A stretch of 64,000 nt of DNA. It comes from Chrysomallon squamiferum. Its lineage: Eukaryota; Animalia; Mollusca. Position 1 is the first letter of the stretch, and each line of letters opens with the position of its first letter. The stretch covers positions 11,470,001 through 11,534,000 of the forward strand of contig CM022675.1 of NCBI GenBank assembly GCA_012295275.1, read 5' to 3'. The translations under genes were made by a program, and so were the position numbers. This document shows positions 42,920 through 57,415 of the stretch, piece after piece. Under the pieces are notes generated by a model. That model saw only the letters and a program-made list of their open reading frames with translations, ran no database searches and was not told the origin of the DNA.

Positions 42920-44130
42920 AATACTATTTCACTGGCACCTTACGGCGACCGTGTTAACCGGGATTAAACCTGAGTGTTAAGATTAACTTTAAATAAAGCA
43001 GATGACGTTTTGTACAGTTTAGAGTTTTACGAGTGTCAGAGGTCAAATTTGCGCTCGCATTTATCACGAGTCACGGTCAATTATGACAGCTGTCCGCCAA
43101 TTTCTTTATAAACGCTTTCGTTAATCTGTGAACAAAACTTTCGAAACATTTTGTATTATTATTAATTGTTTGGGGTTTTTTTTTGTTTTATTTTAATCTT
43201 CAGCAGCAGCGAAGATACAGCCCCATTTCGCCAAATTGTTTTCTATGAGTCGTAAAAATACTTTTGACTTTTTACGACTGTTTGAAATATGTTAAAACCG
43301 CCGGCCAACCGAAGGAGATTACGCGTTTCGCTTGTCGGCAAGACCAAAGTCCGAGTCAGAACGTGCGTCGTTAAAAAGTATCCACAATGCTCTGCGAACG
43401 AAACCCGCGCGCGCGCGCGAAAAGGTGAAAGTAATCGATAAAGTCCACTCCGGGTTTTTAAGAACACCTCCGAGATGAAAATCAGCGGCAGTCCGTGCTC
43501 CTGTGGTCAGTTCGGGGTCAGATGTACTCCTAAAGCACCGCCGCATTCGACTGACCCGTCCAGTTTTTATCGCTTTTTCATGTCCATTTCGACCGCGCGC
43601 CTACCCCCCTCCCAAAAAAAAGTCTACACTTCTCCATTGACGCTTCGGACTGAGCTCATTTTTAGTTCGTTTTTATTTCGTATCAGTATCAGACACCGGT
43701 CTCCGCTAATGAGCTCAAATGGCCCCCATGAACCTGCTGCCATATGGGGAATGAAGACAATAAAATAAACATTTCGAGGAAAAGTTTCCAATTTGCAAAA
43801 GTCCTAATGAAGCAAGCGGCGCAGATCTGTGTCGCGAGAGCACGCGCTAAATCACCCCGCGCGTTGTCATGGATACGTCGAGGGCTAGCGCGAATTTGAT
43901 TAGATTGTAACCTGTCTTACATAATTCGAGCCCGCCATAACTTCGCAGGCATAAAAGTTTTCGGTCGTTAAAACAAAATTCAGACTTAGCGTTAATTTGA
44001 TTTACTTTGGTGGTCCCAGAAGGGGGGAAAAGAACGGGGATAAGATAGGGACAGACATAGTTTAAAGACAATTCCGATGGGATCTAAGATTTGAAAATGT
44101 TTACACAGCCGGGTAAAACTGTGAGGAATA
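42920..44130. promoter_or_regulatory. largest CpG island; candidate enhancer or promoter
   Basis: Meis/TGIF-type TGACAGCTGTC (~43084) overlapping TTATGAC. Inverted posterior-Hox pair at 43248-43279. (CG)7 at 43406-43419. RFX X-box GTTGTCATGGATAC 43863-43876. GCCATAAC, GCATAAAA and GTCGTTAAAA at 43930-43975. Confidence 0.6.
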
Positions 44131-44235
44131 TTTTATAAGACAACGTACATACAAAAATATCGCGTAGAATATATGAGAAGGAATATTTCTAAAATTGCAC
44201 CTTAAGGATAAGATATTCAAGGAAATTTTCATAAA

Positions 44236-44269
<34 letters not shown>

Positions 44270-44446
44270 TTTTGTGAGTATTTGTTACTGGATAATATTT
44301 TAAGCAACGCTTGTTTCTGGATAAAAGCTTAAAGATTGTTTATCAAATGCAGTTTATCGTGTACCACTTGAGAATATTTTAACAATATTATGAATAATAT
44401 CTTGAATATTTTTAATTTTTCTATTATCGTTATTATTATTGTTATG

Positions 44447-44488
<42 letters not shown>

Positions 44489-45048
44489 TATTATTATTAT
44501 CGTTATTATTATTATACTTTAATAATAGATAAATGGGAATAATTTAAACAGTCAAACACTATTTTGAACAATGCTGGTTACGTATAAGATTTTCAAGAAA
44601 AGTGAAACATCTTGAGAAATACTTTTAAACTGCATCGGTTCCCGGATATCTTCACAATATTTTAAACAATACCGGATCCCGTATAATATTATATGTATTA
44701 GTAATGCTTATTTTTAATTAATTTATTTTATTTTTTTTTTTTTATTTTTTTTTTTGTCTGTTTTATTTGTTTTGTTTCTTTTTAATTGTTTTTCTTCTTC
44801 TACTTCTTTCTTGCCTTCGTCCATTCCGTTTTGGGTATATATTTTGTCTTCTTCTCACAATCATTAACTCATTCAGACATACACACACACGCACGCACAC
44901 ACACACATTCTCGTATATATATTTTTCAAGGAAAGATTTTTAATGTATATTTGTAACCCGTGTTATATTATAAATGTCATATTTACATATTATTCCTCTC
45001 AAAAGTATTTTGTTGTTATTTAATCACCTACGAATATTTTGTGTCTGG

Positions 45049-45109
<61 letters not shown>

Positions 45110-45832
45110 GGTGCATGTGTGTGTGTGTGTGTGTGTTTCTAGTTTTAGAAATATTATATTGTATTGGTGGGGTTTTTCATGATTAAAGTTTGGGAATTAA
45201 AAGATTGTAAATATGTCTACAGCTATGTTTTTTTTTATTGTGTTCGTGTAGTTCTTTATTATATAATGCCACAAATGTCAACAGACTGATCGCAGTTGAT
45301 TCGCACTGAACTATAGGCACTATTGATACTACAACTACTTCTACTACTACTACTATTAGTACTACCATTACTACTACTGCTACCACTACTGCTACTGCTA
45401 CTACTACCAATGTTGTTACTATTGCTACTAATATTTTTACTACTACTACTACTACAGCTATAACTACAACTGCTACTAATACTACTAATAATAATAATAC
45501 GTCTACAGTTATTATTAATACTACTACCACTACTATTAATACTACCACTACTACAACTATAACTGTTTCTACCACTACTACTGTATGTACTACCACTACC
45601 ACTACTAAGACCTGCTGTATTAGTCCTGTTTCTACTGTGATAGCTATCACTAATACTGCAACAGCTAATATTGCTGATGATGCTGTTGTGGCTGTTGTGG
45701 ATGTTGCAACTACTACGTTTCTATGTCTTCTGCTACAAATCCTATTATTTCTTTGACCTCTTCAACTGCAGGTGCTGCTTGGCTCCTGCAGTATCATGAC
45801 TGCTATTACAACTTCTGCTATAACTCCTATTA

Positions 45833-46145
45833 CTATGATTAAGTCTTATACCACTACTGCTCCTTCATCACCTACTACTACTATTACCATTACCATTCTA
45901 CCCCAAATTCAGCTGATGCTATTCATACTACTGCTACCACTACTATACTACTACTACTACGACTACAACTCACGTACTATGATTAAGTCTTAAACCACAA
46001 CAACTTCTTCATCACCCGGCTGCTATTACCATTACCATTCTACCCCAAATTCAGCTACAACAACAAAAACAACTACCACTGATGCTATTCATACTACTGC
46101 TACTACTACACCACTACTACTACGACTACTACTACGACTACTACT
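45833..46145. repeat. tandem duplication of a ~140-bp unit in ACT-rich sequence
   Basis: ACTATGATTAAGTCTTA...CTATTACCATTACCATTCTACCCCAAATTCAGCT...GATGCTATTCATACTACTGCTAC occurs twice (~45833 and ~45976). The second copy has a ~24-bp insertion. Confidence 0.85.
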
Positions 46146-47094
46146 ACACCTACTGATAATACACATAATGCAACAAGTATCGATACTACTACTAATATTG
46201 TTACATCTACATCAATCACAACTACCGCTACTACAGCTACTATTATTACTACTACTTCTTCTTCATCTAATATCATTACAACAACTACGGCTATCATTGC
46301 AGTTTCTTTTTTACTACCACTACAACTATCTATAACTACCACTACGACCATCATAATCGGTGCTATTACCACTAGTACTGGTACAACAATTACTATCACC
46401 AAAATACTAAGACGCCCGTTAAAACTGCTAGTACTGTTAGTGTTATTGTATGTAAGGTGTATCTAATTATCTGATTTCTGTGAAAACAAATAAATAAATA
46501 AACAAACAAACAAACAAACAAACAAACAAACAAACAAACAAACAAACAAACAAATAAATAAATAAATAAATAATTGGACTCTATTTCTTCAGGTCGCATT
46601 GTTTCAAAAGTAAATAAATATTTCAGATGGTGCACTGCAGTTTTAGGTCCATATGTTGATTATGTAAGAGTGCATTGAAAACTCAACTCATTGTACTCTT
46701 CCATCGTTCAAACTTCAGTGTGTTTTTAAGTGCAACAGTCCTGAAATAATAACTCATTGTATTCCGCTATTACCTACATCATGTATACCAAATTCCTCTT
46801 CAGTGCAGCTTACCTAGACATAAATCAAAAAAAGAATAATTTGTTCCAAGAGTCCTTGAGTACACATTCCTCATAACACCTTCGCCAATTTTACACATTT
46901 CCATGATGAATGTTTCTTTTTGTTTGATTGTCCGGAAAAATATTACGATAGAAAAAAAAAAAAAAATTGTTCAAGTAGATTTTTTTCGACTAGTTTTAAT
47001 TTATTGCAATATAATTTTATTTCCTTTGGATTTCTTTGGTGTTTTTTTTAATGATTTTTTCTGGGTTTTTTTTTTGTCTCTTATTAATTTTTGT

Positions 47095-47280
<186 letters not shown>

Positions 47281-47386
47281 ATTTCTCAAATTATTTTATT
47301 TTTATTCATATAAGTGCATGCTTATGGTATACATATAAAATTTATATGTGTGTACATATCTACGCACAGCAATTATTATTTACATT

Positions 47387-47416
47387 CAGTTTTCTACTTC
47401 TGGTGACCATAGCAAC
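47387..47416 (+). promoter_or_regulatory. dispersed 30-bp element containing an RFX X-box (copy 1)
   Basis: CAGTTTTCTACTTCTGGTGACCATAGCAAC, 28/30 identical to 54588-54617. GTGACCATAGCAAC fits the RFX consensus GTNRCC-N(0-3)-RGYAAC. Confidence 0.55.
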
Positions 47417-47529
47417 GTAATATGCACATGTCAGTAGGTATGTATGTAAGTTAGTACTTGTGTACATAATTACGTATATATGCAAGGTTGAATTTATTTA
47501 TGTTCATATGTATGTATATATGTATGTAA

Positions 47530-47560
<31 letters not shown>

Positions 47561-47914
47561 TCTGTGTAGGTAGTAACTAGGTATGTATGTAAAATATGTG
47601 TGTGTGTGTGTTGTGTGTGTGTGTCTGTCTGTCTGTCTTTGTAGGTAGTAACTAGGTATGTATGTAAATATGTGTGGGTTGGTTTTTTTATCTTTTATTT
47701 CCTTGATGAAACTTTACAGGAGTGCACGCGCCTATTTTCTGTACGTAGATATTTGTACACGTTAGTCGTCTAAGTCATGAACTGAACTCAGCACGTGTGA
47801 CGTATGCAAATTTATTTAAATGAGACCGAATTTTGTAGCAAATGTGAGAATTAATGAATTCGTACTCAGTCCCACGCACCCTCACACACACACACACACA
47901 CACACATACACACA

Positions 47915-48032
<118 letters not shown>

Positions 48033-48641
48033 ATCTCTTTCTCTCTCTGTATCTCTCTCTCAGACACACACACACACACATAATATATACGTATCCATTA
48101 ATGGCTGTCAGTACACTGTCAAGTACATATGCACTAAACTATATATGCATCAGTGGATATTTTGTAAACATATAAAAAGGTAAACGTGCAAATCTAACCA
48201 AATCAATAAACGGTGAGGTGCAGTCACAAAAACGTGCTCTTTTGCTTACATCACAATATCAGGTTCATGCGAATAAAGGAAAAGTTTACATTCCATTCAA
48301 TATACTAATAGTCACACACACACACACACACACACGCACACACATATACTTACATACATACATACATACATACTTACATACATGCATACACAGAGAAGCG
48401 GACAGACAATCAGACAGACAGAGAGGCAGATAGGCAGAGAGACAAATACATGTTTCATATATAATGATAAATATACATATGTATAAATAAACACATATAG
48501 ATATACTGATAGGTGGCCATATATATATGATACACATGTAACAATGTATGTCTGTGTCTTTGTGCGTGCATCATGATAAATATATATCTCTATTTTTCGG
48601 TTTGTTTGTATTATAACAGTAAATATGTGTGTGTCTTTATC

Positions 48642-48707
<66 letters not shown>

Positions 48708-49262
48708 AACTTATTACTGTCTTATGACATCAGCATTATCATGCGAAGGAAGGAATGCTGCTGACATTCGACCTGAGCAGGGTAAGGTTTACACATTAAG
48801 ATAGTTATTTATTTTATCCTGCAATCCTAAATAACAGAAAAACTAAATAAAATTAACTGTTTTATTTCCCGAATCTTAACTGTGGCGGTTTCACGCATAT
48901 TGATTTCGCTGTCGCTCTTCATCAGATAAAAACAGTTCATTTTTTTTTGTTAAGAATTTTTGAATGAAAACTGTTTTTTAAAATGCTGTGTTAAAATTAA
49001 AAACTAAAGAAATAACTCTGAAAAAAAAAGAAGTAAAAATTATATTTGTAAATATCAATTATTTCAACGAAATACAGTTCCGTCCCAAAAAGCTGTATTT
49101 TTGGTCAGTGTCTGAAAATATTTAAGTTTATCACATCATCAAATTTTTTTACTACGGACATAAAAAAACATACATATATACAAACATACACGTACATAAA
49201 TACATACATACATACATACATATACATATATACTTACACACATACATACATACATACATACA

Positions 49263-49298
<36 letters not shown>

Positions 49299-49479
49299 TA
49301 TATACATACATACATACATACAAACATATATACATACAGATATATATATATATACATACATACATACATACAGATATATACATACATACATATATACATA
49401 CACACACACACACACACACACACATACACACATACATACACACATCCATACATACATAGCATACACACATACACCTGTC

Positions 49480-49990
49480 CCAGTTCGTGTATCTGACCAC
49501 TAACTACTTGTCTAATGATTATACTACTGCAGAATACCGATATCCAAACAGACTAACTCGTTCTTGTGGTTACAGAAGACAGCCAGCAATCAAAGTGATG
49601 CGCTGTTATCAGAACAAACAGCGTTAAACGTGTCGTTTTTAACTGTCCCGTCTGACGTCACACTATCACACACTTTTGGCAGTTTCGCTTTTTTGTCGCT
49701 TGCACATGTTTCGTTTTCAACCACGCCGAGGCTTCAAAGCTGAAACGCGTGAAAAATTAACCAATCAGGTGGGAGAATATGGTTATCGATTTCTGGTGGG
49801 GGTTTTTAGGGTTTTGGGTTTTTTTTTTTTTTTTTTTTTAATGGCACTCGAGTTATGGCGAAATGGATAATATATGGAAAATGTAATTCATTTTTAATGT
49901 CAATGTTGACATGTTTTCAAACACGTTTTTTGGGGTGAATTAACGTTTTCCCCTCTAAGTTTAAATTAGCGTAGTTTGGTGTCAGCATTT
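49480..49990. promoter_or_regulatory. CpG-containing promoter/enhancer-like island
   Basis: TCF ATCAAAG (~49589) and TTCAAAG (~49733), CRE 49653-49660, CCAAT box AACCAATCAG 49759-49768, TTATGGC (~49853). Confidence 0.4.
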
Positions 49991-50281
49991 CGGAAATTGC
50001 TTTTTATTGTTATTGCTATTGTTATTATTTTCCAATGGATTTTTTGGGGTTTTTTTTTTTTTTTTTTTTTTTCCAGTTTTAATTTAGTTTTATTTTACTT
50101 TGCTTTTATTAATTCTAAAATTATAATATATCTGTTATATATCTTTTTTTTTTCTTTTTTTTCTGCTTTATGTATGTACATCACTGACGTGAATCCAATA
50201 GATTCTGTGATGGACTAATTATCACTTTAAAAATAGGATTATAAATGAAAAATTAAACTGTTCACATGAAATGAGATGTAA

Positions 50282-50370
<89 letters not shown>

Positions 50371-52142
50371 GAGGGAAAAAAGAACGGAAACCGAAAATGA
50401 TAGAAAGAAATTGAGAGACAGAAAGTGTATGATGTTTTTCTTTTTGTAATGAAGTTTTTACTTATTTCTAAGTATTGCCCATAACACACACACACACACA
50501 CACAGACTCACTCTCTCTCTCGCACTCATATATGTATGTATGTTTTTCTTTTACTCTCCCTTTCTCTTATTCTCTCTGCCTCTCTGCGTCTATCCATCTG
50601 TCAGTCTATCCTTCCATCTATCCATCCATCCATCTATCTATCTAAGTAACTCTTTCTCTCTCTCTTTCTCACCCTCCCTATACTGTATTTGTATTGACTG
50701 TTCTAGAGCAGCTAGTGTAGTAATAGTAAATCTTATGAAATTTCAATGTTTTTCAGTCTCTAAATTATGCTATTTTAAACGTAAGCAATTTCTGTTTCAT
50801 CTTTACTTTTCAACTTAATTTAAGGACCGGATTTAGTTAGGTGTAGGACGAAGATTCCGAGATACATTTTCTGTAAATCCATTAAAAAAAAAAGTGATAG
50901 TAAAATGTTTTTGTTTTCTTCTCATTTCAGAAAGTTGAGGTGTTTTCTAGGAAAGAGAATTACCAAGAAGCAAAAAGAAAGTTAGAACAAGAAAATTAAA
51001 AAATTAGGAAATAAATATTATATCTACTTAATGTCAGTGATCTTACAATAAAGGCATATGTATCATATTTTGTTATTGTTGTTGTTGTTGTTGTTGTCTT
51101 TGTTGTTGTGTTGTTGTTCTTACATGCATGTACTAATTTATACACATATAAGTTTTTACGTATTTGCATGCATATATACACATTCATGCGTAACATACAT
51201 ATATAAATCTACACATACATATACATACATATACACACATATACAAACATATATATAAACATAAATAAGTATATACATATATACATACATTCACACACAG
51301 AGACACACACACACACGCACACGCACATACACAGAATGTAACATTCAGAACCCTGCAGTATTTTTAAGAGTAAATATTAATTTCGTTATTTCTGACAAGG
51401 CAACACATATCAGACATTTTCAAACAGAAAACCAGAAGCAACAAAACAGTTAAATAATTTCTAAAAATCTAAAGAAAAAAATGATGTTTACAAGCTGAAT
51501 ATCACAAACTAATATTTTCACACTGATACCTGTTTCCAAATTCCCGGACTTAAGTGACAGCAAAAGCGAAGAATTTCAATAAAAAAAAATAAAAATATAA
51601 AAATAAAACCAGAGAAAGAGCGAGATAGAAAAGAATGAAAAAGAGAGCAATAAAATAGTTTTACGACCGTGTTACAAAATATTCTTAAATAGGAACCCCC
51701 TCATGTTAACTAGATTAGACAGTTTCATGTTCCTCGTGTGAATACACACATCTATTTATTTTCTGTTTGTTTATTTATTTATTTATTTTATTATATTATT
51801 CCTTGTGGAAATGCATACGAATAGTTTACCTGTATAAGTTTCTTTGTTTTTATCTTTATTATGTTTATTTATGTTTTATTATTTTTTATTATTATTTTTT
51901 TATATATATATCCTTTAGTTTCTTTTTAACTCTATTAAAGTCTTTGTTTTTCATCTTCGTTATATATTTTTTTTATTATTTTATCTCATAAATACACACA
52001 GACACACAGACAGACAGACAGACAGACGTATGAACATAAATATTTGTTTTCCATTTTCAAAAGTACATATATCAAGCTAGAAAATAAAAAGTATAATTCT
52101 AAGATAAAAAGAAATATTATTTATTAATTTAAGCAATTGTAT

Positions 52143-52201
<59 letters not shown>

Positions 52202-52421
52202 TGGACAAACTCTTTATTATATAACCAAATTTGTTTGTGCATAAGACCTAAACGCAAATGACATATATATGGGTAATTGTGTGTGTGTGTGTATGTGTGT
52301 GTGTATATATATCAAAACCTTTATTCAGAAAGACCTGACATTTATACAAAGATATAAGACGAACATAACTATTTCTTTATACTGATCTTAATCTTAATAA
52401 CAGGGCTTTTTTCTTCTATTT

Positions 52422-52452
<31 letters not shown>

Positions 52453-53192
52453 TTTTTATTTTTTTTTTATTATTGTTATTTTGTAAAACCTTCTTTTCGT
52501 GTTATAGTTAAAATATCTCCCTTGAAAGATTACATTTTTTTTGTACGTCTATACAATAAATAATAAATGTGAAACGGTTTCTAAACTTTATTTAATTCTA
52601 AAATCAAACAGAGAGGGTAGCAGGATTGAGACAGATAATGAATGAAAGAAAGAAACAGAAAAAAAAGAATAAATGAAGAATTATGAAAGAATGAATAAAC
52701 GAATGAATGAATGAAAAAGAACAAAAAAACAAAGAAAAATATTAAAAATGTTTTGGATCCTTCAATTTTTTTTTTTTTTAAATTACGTTCTGCATGTTAA
52801 ATACATCATCAATCTTCTTTTTACTTTTTTTTAAATTTCAGTTTAATCACGGCTTTCAGACAGAAACCTCACACACAGTGGAGGTTAACTCTGATCTGCA
52901 CCTCTGATTTATTTTTTTTGCCTCATATGCATTTTAATTGTAAGTACAGGGGAGGTAACTCTGTGATTTAATTTTGATTTAATGCACGTGGGTTGCCATT
53001 CACCAAATCGTTTTTCGTTGGTTGTGACTTAAGGTTTAGAAAAACGTGTTTCAATTCTTGTATTATTTTTTCCACTGGTGTTAGGGTTATGGTTTAAACA
53101 TGTATTTTGGTTATCACATATTAAATCGGATCACAATCGAGAAAATGTTAATGTTTTGTTTTTCTAGTTTAATTCTTCTTCTTCTTCTTCTT

Positions 53193-53262
<70 letters not shown>

Positions 53263-53477
53263 GTATTTAAATCGATATATGATTCTTCACTGAACTCCAC
53301 TGAACAAATGCAGTCAAGGAAGTTGTAGTAGTTGTTAGAGGTACTGTAGTAGCAATAGGAACTAATGTTGATGTTATGGGTGTTGTTGTTGTTGTATTGA
53401 TATAGTGAACCACTTCAGGGACGTGGACGATGATAAACTGGGTATCTGTTATTATCATGTAATCAGCAAACTGTTAT

Positions 53478-54070
53478 CTTCATATTTAGATATTACTTCA
53501 TATCAAGTCGTTAGGATCCGTGCTACTTCATATTTAGATATTACTTCATATCAAGTGGTTAGTATCCGTGCTACTTCATATTTAGATATTACTTCATATC
53601 AAGATGTCAGTAGCCATGCTACTTCATATTTAGATATTACTTCATATCAAGTGGTTAGTATCCGTGCTACTTCATATTTAGATATTACTTCATATCAAGA
53701 TGTCAGTAGCCATGCTACTTCATATTTAGATATTACTTCATATCAAGTTGTTAGTATCCGTGCTACTTCATATTTAGATATTACTTCATATCAAGATGTC
53801 AGTAGCCATGCTACTTCATATTTAGATATTACTTCATATCAAGTTGTTAGTATCCGTGCTACTTCATATTTAGATATTACTTCATATCAAGATGTCAGTA
53901 TCCATGCTACTTCATATTTAGATATTACTTCATATCAAGTTGTTAGTATCCGTGCTACTTCATATCAGATATTACATACATCGAGATGTTAGTATCATTT
54001 CTACTTCACACTTAGATAATGGTTTATGGTCCGTGCTGTTTCATATTTAGATAATACTTCATATTAAGAT
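53478..54070. repeat. 48-bp minisatellite (~12 copies) with alternating A/B variants (96-bp dimer)
   Basis: Unit GCTACTTCATATTTAGATATTACTTCATATCAAG followed alternately by TKGTTAGTATCCGT or ATGTCAGTAGCCAT; internal ACTTCATAT sub-repeat. Confidence 0.95.
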
Positions 54071-54130
54071 GCGAGTGATGGTTTCTCCTTTAGAATATAC
54101 ACAACTTTAAACAATGCTACAAGATATGCT

Positions 54131-54340
<210 letters not shown>

Positions 54341-54559
54341 TCTAACTATCTCAACTTGGAATGCCCTTCTCGGCTTTCTCCGTATCGACAAAGAACTGAA
54401 CGACATCACGATTATCAGAAATCACACTGTTCTGACATTAAACCTCAGTTTTTGTAGGTGGCATGTTCTGCAGTACACATATCTAAATAACGAAAATTAG
54501 ACCCCCCAAAATAAAAATAAATAAAGAAAAAAAAAATGTTTAAAAGATACAAAACACAT

Positions 54560-55290
54560 TCACTCACAGAGTTATCTTTCTTTACCACAGCTTTCTACTT
54601 CCGGTGACCATAGCAACAGAACGTGCATGTGTTTGCCATCTGAGATAGCGTCACACTTGGCAAATCAGTCGACCATAAATTAACGTTCTGCTGTTAACGA
54701 CACATCAACTTTTGAAACGTAACTTTTCTCGATGTTTATATTAACTAACAGCTTTCTGGATGAAGAAGAACAAAAAAAATAAATAAATAAAAATAAAACC
54801 AAAAGGAATTGCAAAGCAATTTCACGTGCGTTTTGCCTCAATCAATCGATCGTAAAAGTTCGGATGTTACGTGTGAGTATGTGTCTGTTTACGACTCTGG
54901 GTAGCTGCCTTTACGACAAACTTCGGTATAAATTAAGACTCGAAACGATTCGTAAAGCTGGTGGTCCAAAAGCTTCGACTGTGTGAATTCTTAACGAGGA
55001 CAGATGTTTCGTTTTGCCTCGGTTCTTGCCGTAAACGTCCGAATGACTGATGTCCATGCAAAATGATTTACTGTCAGAACCGTCGACGTTGTCTTTAAGT
55101 GCAGAGAAATGGAATGTCCTGCGGTTTATTGAAAAGAAAAAAAATATATTCTGATTCGACTGTTGCTGCAAGGAGTAAATAAATAACAAAATTTACAAAA
55201 CAGCGAAGAGATACGGATAGCTTCTTCACTTCAGAGAGACAAATGTGATCAAATTGAATTAACAAAACAGCCTGACTTGTGTGAGTAATT
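54560..55290. promoter_or_regulatory. CpG-containing island with ETS-RFX composite and clustered posterior-Hox sites
   Basis: ACTTCCGGT (ETS) abutting X-box 54604-54617; GACCATAAA (~54671); TCAATCA (Pbx) ~54838; four TCGTAAA/TTTACGA sites within 54849-54957. Confidence 0.55.
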
Positions 55291-55794
55291 AAAATGGTAA
55301 TTAAAAAAAAAAAAAAAAAAAAAAAAATTTAAATTTAAAAATCGTTTACGTTTTAATAACAGAAATATTAGACATCGAGGCTGAAAGAATCTTCAAAAAC
55401 AAACACTGGTAAACAAACGAAAATGATTCCCACACAATCCAAGTAAACCCAAAACTAACATGAATACTTCTATGTTTACTTATTCCTTCTTTCGTTCCTT
55501 TCGTACCTTTCTTTCTTTCGATCTGTTTATCTATGTATCTATCTTCTTTTCCTCAGCATCATCCACCAGCTATAAAAATACACACTGATTGGCACACACA
55601 GATACACACACGCGTACCTGTACATATACACGTGCATGTACACATACACACGCACGCAGGCACACACTCATACACAGACAGTTAGACAGATAGATGTTTT
55701 CCTCTGTTAATGTGTAAAAATAGCGTCTTGAAATCTAAAAAACAAAGTTGCATATAAAATATTTAACTACCTATATTTTTCACGTGAATATATA

Positions 55795-55851
<57 letters not shown>

Positions 55852-55919
55852 CTCTCTCTCCCTCTACGTTTTTTAATTGTTGTTTCGTCTTCCAAACTCA
55901 TTTTATTCATTCTTTTTGT

Positions 55920-56002
<83 letters not shown>

Positions 56003-56059
56003 TGAATATGTGTGTGGTATTCTCGGTCCTCAAAAAACACTTTTCATTTTATTTCCTTT

Positions 56060-56094
<35 letters not shown>

Positions 56095-56199
56095 CAATTT
56101 TCTTTATTCCTTCCTTTCATTTCATCTCTTTCTATATTTAGACAATTTTTTTTTTTTTTTTTTTGTTTTCGTTTTTCATTCTCGTCTCTCCCACAACAT

Positions 56200-56229
<30 letters not shown>

Positions 56230-56230
<1 letters not shown>

Positions 56231-56650
56231 TCAAAAACTGTCCAACAGGGAATCACAGGATTTTGCCCCCACCCAAAAATAAAAACAATATCGATGACGT
56301 CATAGAACGTGCAGCTAACCAAGGCATCGCCAACCGAGTTTATCTTGCCTTGGGGAGGACTAAAAGCGTTTCTCTACGACATCTTAAAAGAATCTTTCTT
56401 CTTTAATTACGGAGTGTTTTTTCGAGAAACAAACGCATAAAATGGGTCTTAAAAAATTTTCAGGCCGGCCATAAATCAGATCTTTTGGACAGCAAAATGA
56501 TCGAGTCACTGGCTGATACAGAATTTCAGATTTAAACAACCTTTTTTTGATTACAAAAGTAAAATAAAAATCGGAATGTAATTTGTTAACGGCGAGCCCA
56601 GGCTGAGAAAGATTTTCTCTGTCTACTTTGATGTGTTGAGAACTAATGAA
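56230..56650. promoter_or_regulatory. island with a perfect Pbx-Hox site
   Basis: GGCCATAAATCA 56467-56478 equals TGATTTATGGCC on the minus strand; CRE 56295-56302; GCATAAAA (~56435). Confidence 0.5.
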
Positions 56651-56718
56651 TTAAAGTTTTAAAAGAAAGCTTTCTGGGGGATTAACTACTGAACAAACAG
56701 TTTTTTAATGCTGGATAC

Positions 56719-56752
<34 letters not shown>

Positions 56753-56965
56753 TGTGTCTTCGAGTCTTTGTGTGCGTGTGTGAAAGACAAAGAGAGAGAC
56801 AGAGAGACAGAGACAGAGAGAGAGAGAGACAGAGGGAGAGTATGTGTCTGTGTTTTGAAATGTTAGTTTATCAGAGGATAAGTGAGTGTATGTGCTTTTG
56901 TGCTTATGTTTATTTAGTTATTAAATTATGTGTTATACTATCTCTTTTAATTGCTTTTATATGTA

Positions 56966-57415
<450 letters not shown>

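Noticed and set aside
46570-46910. CpG-poor unique stretch after (CAAA)n, possibly a transposon remnant
   Set aside because: No terminal repeats, target-site duplication or coding remnant visible; it needs a repeat-library search.
48734-48830. Second miR-10-like hairpin at CAGGGTAAG
   Set aside because: Only about 9 bp pair (GCAGGGTAA/TTATCCTGC) and similarity stops after CTTACCCTG; better read as a possible splice donor.
53405-53992. 195-aa ORF with ATSYLDITSYQVVSIR repeats
   Set aside because: It follows from a 48-bp minisatellite with one stop-free frame. There is no ATG at the annotated start, no splice support and no known family.
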